Part shown: piece by piece, positions 39,201-50,500 of the stretch | How the letters are laid out: every line of letters begins with the position of its first letter | Numbering within the stretch: the stretch's first letter is position 1 | Translations under genes and position numbers: made by a program | The notes under the pieces: generated by a model | The model's database searches: none | What the model was told of the DNA's origin: nothing | The model's input: only the letters and a program-made list of their open reading frames with translations | Source: Lenisia limosa | Taxonomy: Eukaryota; Protista; Breviatea | DNA length: 62,577 nt | Direction: 5' to 3' | NCBI GenBank assembly: GCA_001655205.1 | Contig: LPNZ01006074.1 | Location: 1-62,577 of the forward strand

Positions 39201-40060
39201 GCCCATGTGCATTGCCGCCAGAACGCCAAGATGAGTCTACAGCATGACTTACAATGTTGTCACGGAGGGAGGAATTGTCGAGATAACCTCTGATAAGTCT
39301 GGAGAAGACCCTGTCCCCACCTCATTGCAAACAAAGGAGCCGTTGGTGATGAGTCTATGGGCGTGGCTTTCGAGCATCCTCAGCGCGACTGGGTCAGTCA
39401 CCTGCTTCTCTTGCTAAACAGATCAATGTCAGCACAGCAAGGCCAATAAAAAATATTCATGCAAATAGAATGGTTTCGTGTAGCAAACACTACAGCTTTA
39501 TCTTTACAAAGGTGGTAGCACCCATGCTACCTCTGGGAGAAGAGCCACAAGTGGGCGGAGTCTAAATAACAGCTTCTTGTCTTGCCAGTCTAAATGCAGT
39601 TATTGGGTCGCGTATCTCATTATAATATTAATATATTCTATTATCCTGTGAAAAAGGCAGCAGGGGGGAACTTACCCTTGGATGCGGTGTCAAAAACATT
39701 GAAAACGTTCATGTTGGGCAACAGCGGGTATTCGAAGGCTAAATATGATGAGTGCTTTCAAAATTAGTGCCCTTAAAAGCTCTTGCCCTCAAGCCCAGCT
39801 ACATTTATCTGATGTGACAATCCAAATATTGAAAAGCCGCTTATCCTTGACTCCAGCAATGTCACATCCTTGCTCACTGAATCAAAATGAGTGTTTACCC
39901 AGAAGAAAGAAGCCTACGCAAATTGCTGGGCAGTTGTGTTTGGAGTAATCTGAATTTTGTGCTCCTCATCGTCAAGTAGAAGGATTCTAAACTCCTTTGG
40001 CTTAGCTTTGGCTTGAGCCTGTAGAAATAAGACTTGATATCAAAACCACAACCTCACCAT
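30238..40060 (-). CDS. Kinesin-14 (KCBP-like) with N-terminal FERM domain, acidic tract, Lys/Ala- and Pro/Thr-rich linkers and long coiled coil
   Basis: C-terminal motor: [15 protein letters not shown]|[37 protein letters not shown]|[40 protein letters not shown], ending [22 protein letters not shown] (TAA 30238-30240). N-terminal FERM-like exons: [38 protein letters not shown]|[44 protein letters not shown]. In-phase junctions were found where checked, but single-gene status needs transcript evidence. Confidence 0.8.
30313..30432 (-). repeat. Intronic repeat family 1, copy B (ends at the acceptor AG of the last kinesin intron)
   Basis: + strand ctggggggagtaaaattggaaataaaacaaaaagcccaaatcaactctgttgacaagagttgagaacaacaaaacaaacaaagtccaggccactcgcttctacagcaccgcatcccatc. 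Confidence 0.8.
31854..31897 (-). repeat. Intronic repeat family 1, copy C (ends at the acceptor AG of the 100-nt kinesin intron 31854-31953)
   Basis: + strand ctggggagtaaaattggaaaatttatgaaacaaaaaagcccaaa; differs from copy A at only about 3 positions over about 44 nt. Confidence 0.8.
32985..33064 (-). repeat. Intronic repeat family 1, copy D (kinesin intron, partly in gap)
   Basis: caacacacaagggtt...aaacaaacaaagcccaggagagtcgcttctgaagcaccgcatcccatc matches the distal half of copy B. Confidence 0.7.
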
Positions 40061-40595
40061 TGTACTTCGAGAGCTTAAAACACCTCAACAAGGACTTGTA
40101 GATGTATATGTCAATTAAGTAATTGCTGGTTAACTGGAAAATCGCCCTTTAAAAATTTCCTCATAGTTATATAGTTCGCAATATACCCCCCAGTCTTTCC
40201 TTTTAATTGAACAGGGGAACATGAAGCCATGAAGCCTTTCTCTTCATTCACATTAAGGGAATAACAGTTATTTACAAGAACCATGCCACGGAAGCTCGCA
40301 AGAGTCAAAGATGGTCCTCTCTCGCAAGCAGTTGGTTCATTAGAACACTTCCCCGAAGGCTATGCTGAGCACTATATATGGGAGTTCAGCCTTTCAATGA
40401 ATTTACGTGAGCTTTAAAAGCCGTACTGGTATTCCCTGTCGTTTTTACTNNNNNNNNNNNNNNNNNNNNNNNNNNNNNNNNNNNNNNNNNNNNNNNNNNN
40501 NNNNNNNNNNNNNNNNNNNNNNNNNNCAAGGCTCTTTTCCCAAATGGTTTGGCTTTTTTAAGTTAATTTTTGTCACAAATAAATAAAGAGATATA

Positions 40596-43500
40596 ATGAA
40601 TACGAAGTTTTTCATCTCACCTACAGCAATGATTCCCAAAATCTTTCATGATTTAGACCTTACTATTCTCCCTGTGCCAACAATGCCGTGTCACCTTGGA
40701 GGCCGCCTCGGACTAACAGCTGCTACTGCTGGGCTCGACCTTTCTGTCAAACTCCTTCCGGTTGGGGGCTCAGCTACAGGAAACAAGATAGGGCAGAACC
40801 CTCTTTTGCTTCTACATCTGCCTACTTCTTCACGAGGGAAAAGTGACTCGACTTTGGCCATACACAAGAAACAAGAAACAATAAAGCCTCTCACCCCTCA
40901 GACCGGACACTGTTTAGTCGACTACACGCGGTATCGCATGGGGGATGACAATCTTAAAGCCACACCAAGGGCCTTGTTTACCGCAATCAGAGCAGCTACA
41001 CAAGATGCAGATGCAATCATGTGGGATGTTCAATTGCTCCGAATTTCTCAACTTGCTGAAAAGGAAATTGTTCCAGTTATGATAGCATGCGTATTGTTCC
41101 GAATCCTTCTGTGGCTCAGCCCAACTTTGAGAATAATCCTCTAGGATGCCTTTCCTTCGTAGAGCAACTGAGTTTCCTGCCATGCACGCAACCTCTCTTG
41201 GCGGTATTTACACCCACGATTACGACGAGTGGGATGAGGGTGGCAACTATGAGCATATTGAAGAATGATTCTAAATGTCAAAAATGATCCTTTTCGGTTG
41301 CCTTTGTTACTGTTCCAGACTTTTATACGACAGTCAGTCTCAGGTCCAGAGGATATCAGTGGTGAACTCCTTGGCGTTTGGCAGGGTTCTTCTCCTTGAT
41401 GCTAAGCCTGGTAGGTTGGCCTGTTTGTCTGCTCCATCCTTAGCAAATTATTCTCAGTTGTAGCCTTCCTGTGATATATTATTTGGTCAAAAGTTAGCTT
41501 CAAATATTCTGTCTCTGGACTTTACGTTCCCCTTGAAGTGCCCCTATTACCCCTGCATGACCATTTGCAGTGATGTGCGACTACGACCGGAGTCTCTTTA
41601 GGGAAATGATGTCGGGCCAGATCACAAACGGCGCAAACGGTTTGCTAAGAGCTTTGAACCCTTAAAATACCTATAGTCTATCATATATATAATGCTGAAT
41701 AGTTTTGTTTTTTGATACCAAGCTGATCAGTTTCCTCTCTTTCTCTATATCAGCCACAGTAGCTCTTATCCTTACCTTGTTAACTCAGTAGTTCTTATCC
41801 TGGGGGGAGGAGACGGCACATTAGTGAACCTTTGCCTCAAGTCCGGATCAAAAAATGTCACGCTTATTGAGGTATTTTCTGGGTCCTGGATTGCGGCTAT
41901 ATAGGCACTGCGTGAGCAAGTAGAGTATCAGGTATTGAACCCTCACAATTTACTCTCTCAGTGTGATCCCGAAGTTCCGGCCGTGGCTAATACGATGCTA
42001 ACACAGGCTTGTGGGAGGTCTCTTTCGGGTGAAGACCCCCTTAACCCAAAAGTATGGGAAAGAAATAATTGATTAATTAATGGAGTGTTGTGTCTGAATT
42101 TGTAACCCAATGACCACTGACCTTTTAGATTGTTATTGGTGACGCCACAACATGGCTACAACGCTACGCTAAGGTGGCTGAAACGTTTGACTTGGTCTTC
42201 TGCCTTCTGCCCATGAGCCCCCTGGTACCGCTAACAGGAGGTTGGCATTTCTTGAAAATGATGAGCTACTTCTGGAGTGGAGCCCAGAAAGCTAGCATCA
42301 AACATTACGCTGAGGGGTTTTTCCAAGAATCCCAGCTATTAGTATTTCAGATCAGAGGACTTACCATCCAGATGGAGAGGTTGAGTTTTTGGGTGATGTG
42401 GCTCTTCCGACGACTCCACCACCGCCGGAGTCCCTCGGATTCACCGGGCCAAACTGGTGGGTTGCATGGAGCAATTGTGTGTTGATGTTTTTTTTTAAAA
42501 AAAAACAACACTAATTCACCTGTTTTCACATTCCAGCAATGCTGCTCCAGAAGCCCCTCCTCCAGTTCCCACAGGTCCCAAAAGGTACGCTAAGTAGGGC
42601 AACTGTGTTGCTGGATCGATTTTGTTGCAACATTTTCCATTGGCCTTTGCTAAAGCCAATTATGACATGCTTACCAGGCATAGATTGTCTCTGAAGAGGC
42701 CTGCTCCCGGGACCAAGCACCCTATTGACCCTTGTCTTGTTTCCACTTTGCCGCTCGGTAGGTAGGGTCACCCTTCAAAACGCAGTGGATTTTGTGGATA
42801 TCCTTGATTGTGGTGGTGTATAATGATTTCGTTTTAGTATGCGTGGTGGTGCTTATGGCTTTTGTCATAACTCTTGACTTTCTAGCTCCACCAGCTTCTC
42901 TGCTCCAACAAACAGGGAAAAAGACTGCACTAACAACTGAGTCTTCTCAAAAACCCCAAGTGAGCGTTCTTTTTGTCATGACGTAGAAATTCTAATAAAT
43001 GTAACATATTAAATGAAGCAAAGTGCTCATCTGACCTCCAGCCGTTGCTGTCTTCCAGCAAAGCCATCGTTAATGAACTCAAGAAGGAGTTTGAAGAAGT
43101 CTTTGGCTCGGATGTTGTTCCCTCCTCGTCTTTATCGGGACACTCACTGGCCACTTCCCTACCTTCTAATCTTCCCATCCAATCTGAACCTTCCAAACCC
43201 CCTCCCCCCGAATCTGAGCCCATAGTCACACCATCTTCACCTTCACTGGAGTCAAGCGGAACCACTCCCGCAGCGGTTGAGATCAAGCCCCCCGAACCAG
43301 ATACTGCTGAGCCGCCGACACCCGTCATGGAGTCTAGCAAGACTGGCTGTGATGATGATGATGCTCTGGGAAGAGGTATGGAAAGGGGAATTTAGGAATA
43401 GATGATCCAACAAATAACCCCAGCTCCAACGATTTTTTTCATTGGTAATATTTGTAGATAGAGGCTCTTTGGAATATACTGCCAACTCCAAGCCAATTGA

Positions 43501-44333
43501 GCTTGTTTTTATTCATCAACCATTTACCCCTCAGATCTCACGTTTGACGACCTTGTTGTCCCCGATCCCAGAGCAGCCATAAAGACGGAACCAAAAGCAA
43601 GCTTGGTAGTTGGGCTGCTAATGTGGTACTTTTTATCTTGAAAGTGAAGAAATGGTAACCATGCAAATTGTCAATTCCACAAAGTATCTTAACTACTTTA
43701 GCCGCTGCACCAGCCAAGACAGGCCTTCAGCATGCCTGCCGAACTGGCTGAGGACCTAGACGTTGATGGCCCGGAGTCAAGGAAAAGAGCCGCTGGTAGG
43801 CTTTTTCTAGGATAAGCTTCCTTGATTATCGGATATAGCATCTTCAGCTTATCGTTTACTGTACCATTCCAGCTGCGGTCCACTACACATCATGCGTCTA
43901 CGACAGTTCAATGCGATCACAGATCCGAGCGTTTGAGATCCACATCCGCCTTGCCGTTTCTGTCCTCACCCCTAATGGCGTACTGGTCGTCCAAGGGCCT
44001 TGTGGGAGGGGGTATTTGGGGAATGAAAGAACAACATTACACATAATTCAGCGTGATAGTTGAAATAGGGAGTTGTCAAACGAAGTTTTTACGCAGCAGC
44101 GTCTCTCAACACATCCGCTGTCATAGCGTTCGAAGACATGTTGGAAGATCTTGAGCTGAAGTGGTCCGCAGCTCCAGTCCTGACTGCCTTCAAAAATGAC
44201 TCGTGAGTTATAAATCACAAATCTGAATGATTTAAACAGAGCAGATATTTTTTTTTAAGAATTCTGACAACCCACACTTGTCCGTATTTAACATCATAGT
44301 GTGATGGTCTATCGAATACGCTCAAAGCCCTGA
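40596..44333 (+). CDS. Spermine/spermidine synthase-like aminopropyltransferase with large Pro/Ser/acidic insertion
   Basis: LLYDSQSQVQRISVVNSLAFGRVLLLD, VLILGGGDGTLVNLCLKSGSKNVTLIE|CDPEV, IVIGDATTWLQRYAK and C-terminal NTSAVIAFEDMLEDL...SVMVYRIRSKP* (TGA 44331-44333). ORF 40596-41144 resembles the extra N-terminal domain of spermine synthase. Start codon uncertain. Confidence 0.7.
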
Positions 44334-44514
44334 ACGTACCAATAATCTTCAATTTCCCAGTTTGTTCGGATTTAGAGGTCTAAAAATAGTCTTCCTAATG
44401 TAAATCTGTAATGTATCTCTTCAATTACAACTTTGGAAAAAAAATTTACAAAAAGTACATCGAACACAGAACTCACACAGTTCAAATTGAAAAACACAAA
44501 CACTTTACTCATCG

Positions 44515-47500
44515 TTATTGAGGCAATAAGGGTCCATAATGGCCGCTACGGTTACCCATGCAATGTGAAGCCCCCAGAAGCCAGTCCTAAGACAGTGAAA
44601 AGCGTCTCGTGTCAAATGTTAAAAAGAAGCGTCCAAACGTGACAACTTGTTCAATCCCCACACACCTGAAAGCAGCACCAAGAGCAAACTTAACCTGAGG
44701 CGTCGAATTGTCCAGAATACCAGAGTTCACTGTGTAATGAGGGGGGGGGGTGTGTCAGGTTCAAAAATGGGGATAAAACGATCTTGCATCCCTACCAAGT
44801 TGACTGAAAATAAGCCCGGGGTCCGACATCGTGAACCTAAACAGTCAGGAGGAGCTGCTAAAATACTGTTTGTCAGTATAAAAACTAGTCCCCTATTCCC
44901 TAAGGTCAAATATTCCCTAAGGTCAAAAAAACAATCAAGTTATACACCTTCACTCCAACAGAATCGTAATAGTGTGGTTTACCCAACCTAAACAGCCTTG
45001 ATGAGAGGCAAGCGGAGGGAGGAAGGATTGTGGGCGCATCTCTCATGGCTTCGGCCTGCCAATCCATGCAGATATCACTACACAGTGTGACAAAGGTAAC
45101 GCTCAGTTGGTTGGTCTACCGCGGTGAATGTCGAAATGACGGAGTATCTGGACAAAAGCCGAAAAACATCACGTTTGTTCGAGATAATAATAAGACATTA
45201 ATATTTTCACCTAATCTTGCCTTAGCCATCTAATATGTAGCAAAACGAGAACAGTAATGAGTATATAGAGGAAGAAAAAATCATGCATACGCGGCGTTGA
45301 TGTCCCCAAAAGGAAGGTTCTGGACCGCCTGCTGGAGAAGGGCCGAGAAGGGCACCACCCACGTGACTTGATTCAGGGGGAACTTCTCTCTTCGATACTC
45401 CTTTCAGAAATTAAACAGGGGGTTGAAAAGAAAACTAAGTCATCAGGTGGCTTCAAACGGACTCAAAAAAGGAACTATACACGATGGAAAGCATGGAATG
45501 TGGCACTGGAAAAGCCAAAAACACCACCGTAAAAGACACGTACCTTGATTCGGGAGATAAGAGCTTTTGCGAGGATCCGTGATGTTTTTTGGTCGTTGAT
45601 AGAGGAAAGCGGTCGCGCGTACGTGATGGAGGTGGGCGCAGTGTACCAGCTTTCTGACTCGGCACCCTGGTGTGGTCATAAACCTGACAAGATGCTACTC
45701 AGCAAACGGTCCCTGGCATACTCCGCTTGGTCCGAGCCACTCCCAGTCGCCAAGACAAAGATGGGGCTCCGGTCGCGGTCCGGCCAGCTCGTGGCTTGAC
45801 ACGTCAGCGTCGGATGATGAGGGGCTTGAGATGTCCCGGTCTAACCGAACTAGTGGAACAGGTCCGTTTGGGTTCTAAGCAGTCAAAGCAGGATTGGACA
45901 CCACCAAATACTCTCAACACCATATGTAGAGTGCCAACTCCCCGTACCGTGGGGTCAGGCAGCAGGAATGGCACTCTTCCAAGGCGATCCTCCGCACCGG
46001 TCCAAACAAACACCCCGCGCGTGTTGGTAAGGGACGCAATACGCGAGAACGGCGGCGGACTGGATTGGCACGTGATTCCTTTAAGGTGAGTGTAGAAGAT
46101 ATTCGGACAATAAAAAAACCGGATTTAAATGATATGACTGTTCACTAGAAGCAGGCTGATGTTAATCCACCCAAAATCAACAGTGGCGTACCAAGAACCT
46201 CCACAGTTGGGCGGGTGTGGCCGGCGTTTGGAGGTGCGGCAGATACCGAGGAATGAGCGCGGTAGAAAGAGCCGACACTTGCCGAGTGATCATGATACTC
46301 TTGGTGCACCTGGGGGGTAAAGACTACTCTGATTATAAGCCAAAAACAACGAATAAATCAAGACACAATACGCTGAAATAACCCAAAGGTATAATATAAA
46401 AAAGAGGGTGAAGGGGGGACAATCAAATCAATAGAAGCAGGATAGAGCTTCGAGGACCACTTTTCTGCGCACCCTTTTATACGCTCACTCTCAGTAATAT
46501 GCCGCCACCCCAGTAATATACCGCCACCTCAGTAATATGCCCCCACCTCAGTAATATGCGGGTGCGGCGGAACTCGAACATTTGGATAGCTGTCAAAATA
46601 GGAGATTCCTAAACCATCAGAAAACAGTTGGCTGTTGAAGCTGATATTTCAAAGTCAGAACCCTGGATTCCCTAAGACATATGTAGAATGACTGAGAAAA
46701 GTCCAAACACCTTTTAAAGGAGAAGAGACACTGAAAGAAGGTCAGATCTTATCTTAGTCATGTATATATTACATATCACATATTTCAAGTTTGGGCAGTT
46801 CTGAGCCGCAATCGAAGGAGGTATGATGTCCTCACCAGTGTTAGGGTCCCAATGAATGACTGTCGGGAGAATCGTTTTGCTCTACATAGTAAAACTACTG
46901 ATAAATAGACCAGGATAAAAAAGTGAAGGATGAAAGGTGATATTTGAGGGATAGAAAACATATAACCCAAGAATAGAGGAATACCCCACCTTTTGGTCTT
47001 TGCCTTGGTCATTTCGTGGAGTGAGGTGCGTTTTCTAAAGAGTCAGCACCTCAATTGGCTGGCTAAACATGTTCCCAAACTCGAAGCAGTCGCTTCTGAA
47101 ACCATTGACATCATGCAATAAACAAAATGTTTGAGCTTCCCGTGATAAATGTGCTAATTGCAAGAATAGCGGAATGATAAGAGCCTTACATTAGCGTTGT
47201 GCGTTGTGACATCGTGCTCTTGGAACAAGGCCTAGATGATCAGAGCTTGCCGAAAGTGACAGCAATATAACAGGTTAGATGAGACATGTTCGCCTAATTT
47301 CAGAAATGATATTACATACTACACAAGACGAAAAGATATATCACATGTGTGCAAGATTCTTTCAAACGACACCAAGGTATGGAGAATTCCCACCTTTTCG
47401 TCCTCATACGTAATGGTCGTGACCCACCATGCACGCATCCCATCTGGAGGTTAGAAGGGCTATTAGTACTTCGGGCTTCACTTCTATTCGAAAAATAAGA

Positions 47501-50500
47501 ATTTCGGTAATTTGTCGAACCGAAGTGAAGCCCTATTGGTTCTAATGGCCCGCAGTAGCACCTTATGGGCAGCTTAATATGATAACCCCGCACCAGCTTC
47601 GCCGATGGCAAGGAAGGCGTTCCAGCCCCTGCCGAGCAGCAAATCGCACAGAAGAATGGCCCTCCCCTCTGGAGTGGTCCAGCCGCGGCAGAGTGACAGG
47701 TTTGGCGATGGTACCCTGGAGTACCCCGAAGCGCCCTGTACATTGACATCCCCGTCGGTCACTGCAGTGGTTATGCGATTTCTTGGCTAAATCACGCTTA
47801 TCAGCGTTTGAAAAGCAACAAAAGTGAAATTGCGATATGTGTTATGAAACTATAAAAAAATCACAAGCGAGGACTGGGGAACCACTTAAAATAGTTATGT
47901 AATGGGGAGTAACTCAGGAAGTAACAGGCCGAAGCAACGTAACATTAAGTAGACATCTCGTCACCTTTTGGAACGTATCGTTTTGTGTGGTGCAGAGCAG
48001 CCTCGTAACCAGTGGTATGTGGAGAGGGGACCGACAGTGGCGATGCAGCCAGAAGGGAAACTGCTCGTGCAAGCTGGGGAGGTGAGTTGCGCCCCATGAT
48101 GTGAATAGAACTGTTTTCCCATTTCATTCAGAATATTTTCTTTAAATGATATGATCCATCCAAACAAACCTCTTCAGTTGGGGGGTTGTCTGAGGGTATC
48201 GAGCGAAGGAACGTAGGGAGCGGGAGGAACTTATTGTCCTCAGTCTAAGAGGTCAAAGAGTATCCCCATCATCCATATCATATCAAATAAAAACAAGGTT
48301 TTATCTGGCCGAAGCCGTCCACACATCACGCTATTAGAGATATTGGATTATAGTATAATATTAATTCACCCAATCAATCTGCCTTACAACTCTCTGCACT
48401 CAGCTTTCTGTGTGCATCCCCAGCATACAAAATAATATACATGGTATTATGTCTGAGCCCCCCCCCCCACCAAGGCAATTAGTTGGTAGTGGCGTCGCGG
48501 CCACGTAGCGCGCAGACGCTCNNNNNNNNNNNNNNNNNNNNNNNNNNNNNNNNNNNNNNNNNNNNNNNNNNNNNNNNNNNNNNNNNNNNNNNNNNNNNNN
48601 NNNNTCCTGATGATGAGGGGCGTATTGACACAAACTCTTTGTAACCATTAGAACAAAGAACACACAACAGACCAGACATACCAGGTGGTGCCCTCCTTGA
48701 GCCTTCTCAAGATGCGACTGGCCTTTAGACTACTATGTCAATCCAATATCCGAAGTAAATGAAGATAATATGATGATGGACAAGGAAAAATGGTTATTGG
48801 TATCACTAGTAGGGCAAGGTCAATCAAATTTGACCTTAGCTCCTTCCGGTATGCAGGGACAAGGCCCACCTGGAACGACATTGGCATGGTGTCTTGCTTC
48901 ATTAGTTTGGGACCCGACGGTGCCGTGGACGAGATGAAGTCGATGGATTCTGAAGAGAATGAATGTTGACTTTTCCCACAAACAACTGACAATAGAATAT
49001 TGAAAGGCCAAGGCCTACCCAGAAGCCTGGACCCTCCAGAAGCTAAAAGAGCCGAATTGCGATCAGACACCTATAATGTGAAAAATGGCCAAGAATTCGT
49101 CCTCTTTGAAATGGCTGTCTACTGTAGAAGAAAGTTAAAATATGGGGGGGGGGGGNNNNNNNNNNNNNNNNNNNNNNNNNNNNNNNNNNNNNNNNNNNNN
49201 NNNNNNNNNNNNNNNNNNNACACTGATCCTCCACGCACAAGAAACGGAATTATGGGCCACCCCTACAAATGGGTTTTTGAAATTTTGCTAAATTTTGGGT
49301 CCACCCGGTCAGAGCAAGATTTGAAAAATATTATTGACGCTCAATTCCAACTCTATTCTCTTATAAAGCAGTTTAGAAAGGTGAAAGAAAGTTACAAATC
49401 CAAATAACTTTGCATCGTTTATCCTTGAAATGTAACAAAACAATAAATACAGAGTGCGGTTCTACTGCCATACCTTCAGTTGATGTCCAAATCCGGGGGT
49501 GGGTGGGGACTTTCCTAATGAGTCAACACTAAGCCTCATACCCCGCATGAATCAATAACATTTACCATTTATTTGTTTAAGGTAACTGAGTGATCCCCAC
49601 CACTGCCACCACTTATCATAAAAAAAGAAAAAACCTGCCATGCATCTAAGTAAGGCTATGTATAAATTGAAAAATCTCTTTAATGAACCTGACACTCACC
49701 TGGCTTAAAGACGGGCTCACTACTATCCAGGGAAAGGGGTGTCAGTGCGGACTTGTGATCGTGGAACATCGCTTTTTCTGGATATAATATTACGGATTCA
49801 CTGTAGTAAAAAGAAGACTAAAGCGTCAGAAGAGGTATTCAAATGTTAGTAATGCGAGATATCCCAGATTCTTCGGGTCATAATATAGCATATTGTACCA
49901 TCACATACTATCATATGATTTACGTACATTATAGTATGTATATTACTCTATACTATTATATGTAATACACCACCAATGGCTCACCAGCATCAGGAACGGT
50001 CAACTGGACTTTGCCATAGCCTGCTCTCAGGTCCCTTCGCAACTTGGAGTAGAACGTCCGGATCCACACTACATACGTTACTCATAACCATGAGGTGAGA
50101 TCCAAACTACTCACGTTACCCATTAACCATGAGGTGAGATCCAAACTACTCACGTTACCCATTAACCATGAGGTGAGAGGACTTAGTTTTGTAAGAAACT
50201 CCAGATAATCCCCCCACCATCCTCAGGCATGATGTTGTACTCCATCAGCCCGTCTCGACTCACTAAAGTGTAATCAAAGAAAGCAACACCCTAATGAACC
50301 TTTGTACTTAATCTTGCCTACCAGAAACAGCAATATTGACCACTGGGAATGGTGTGCTAGAACCATCAAATGAGGCATCGACAATTAGAGAAACAAAGAG
50401 AAAAAACAATTTAGAGCTTGTTTCAGAGGCAAATCACAACATTCGATGTATACAAACTATATGTACCTTAGAAAACAAAAAAAAAGACAAATCATTTCAT

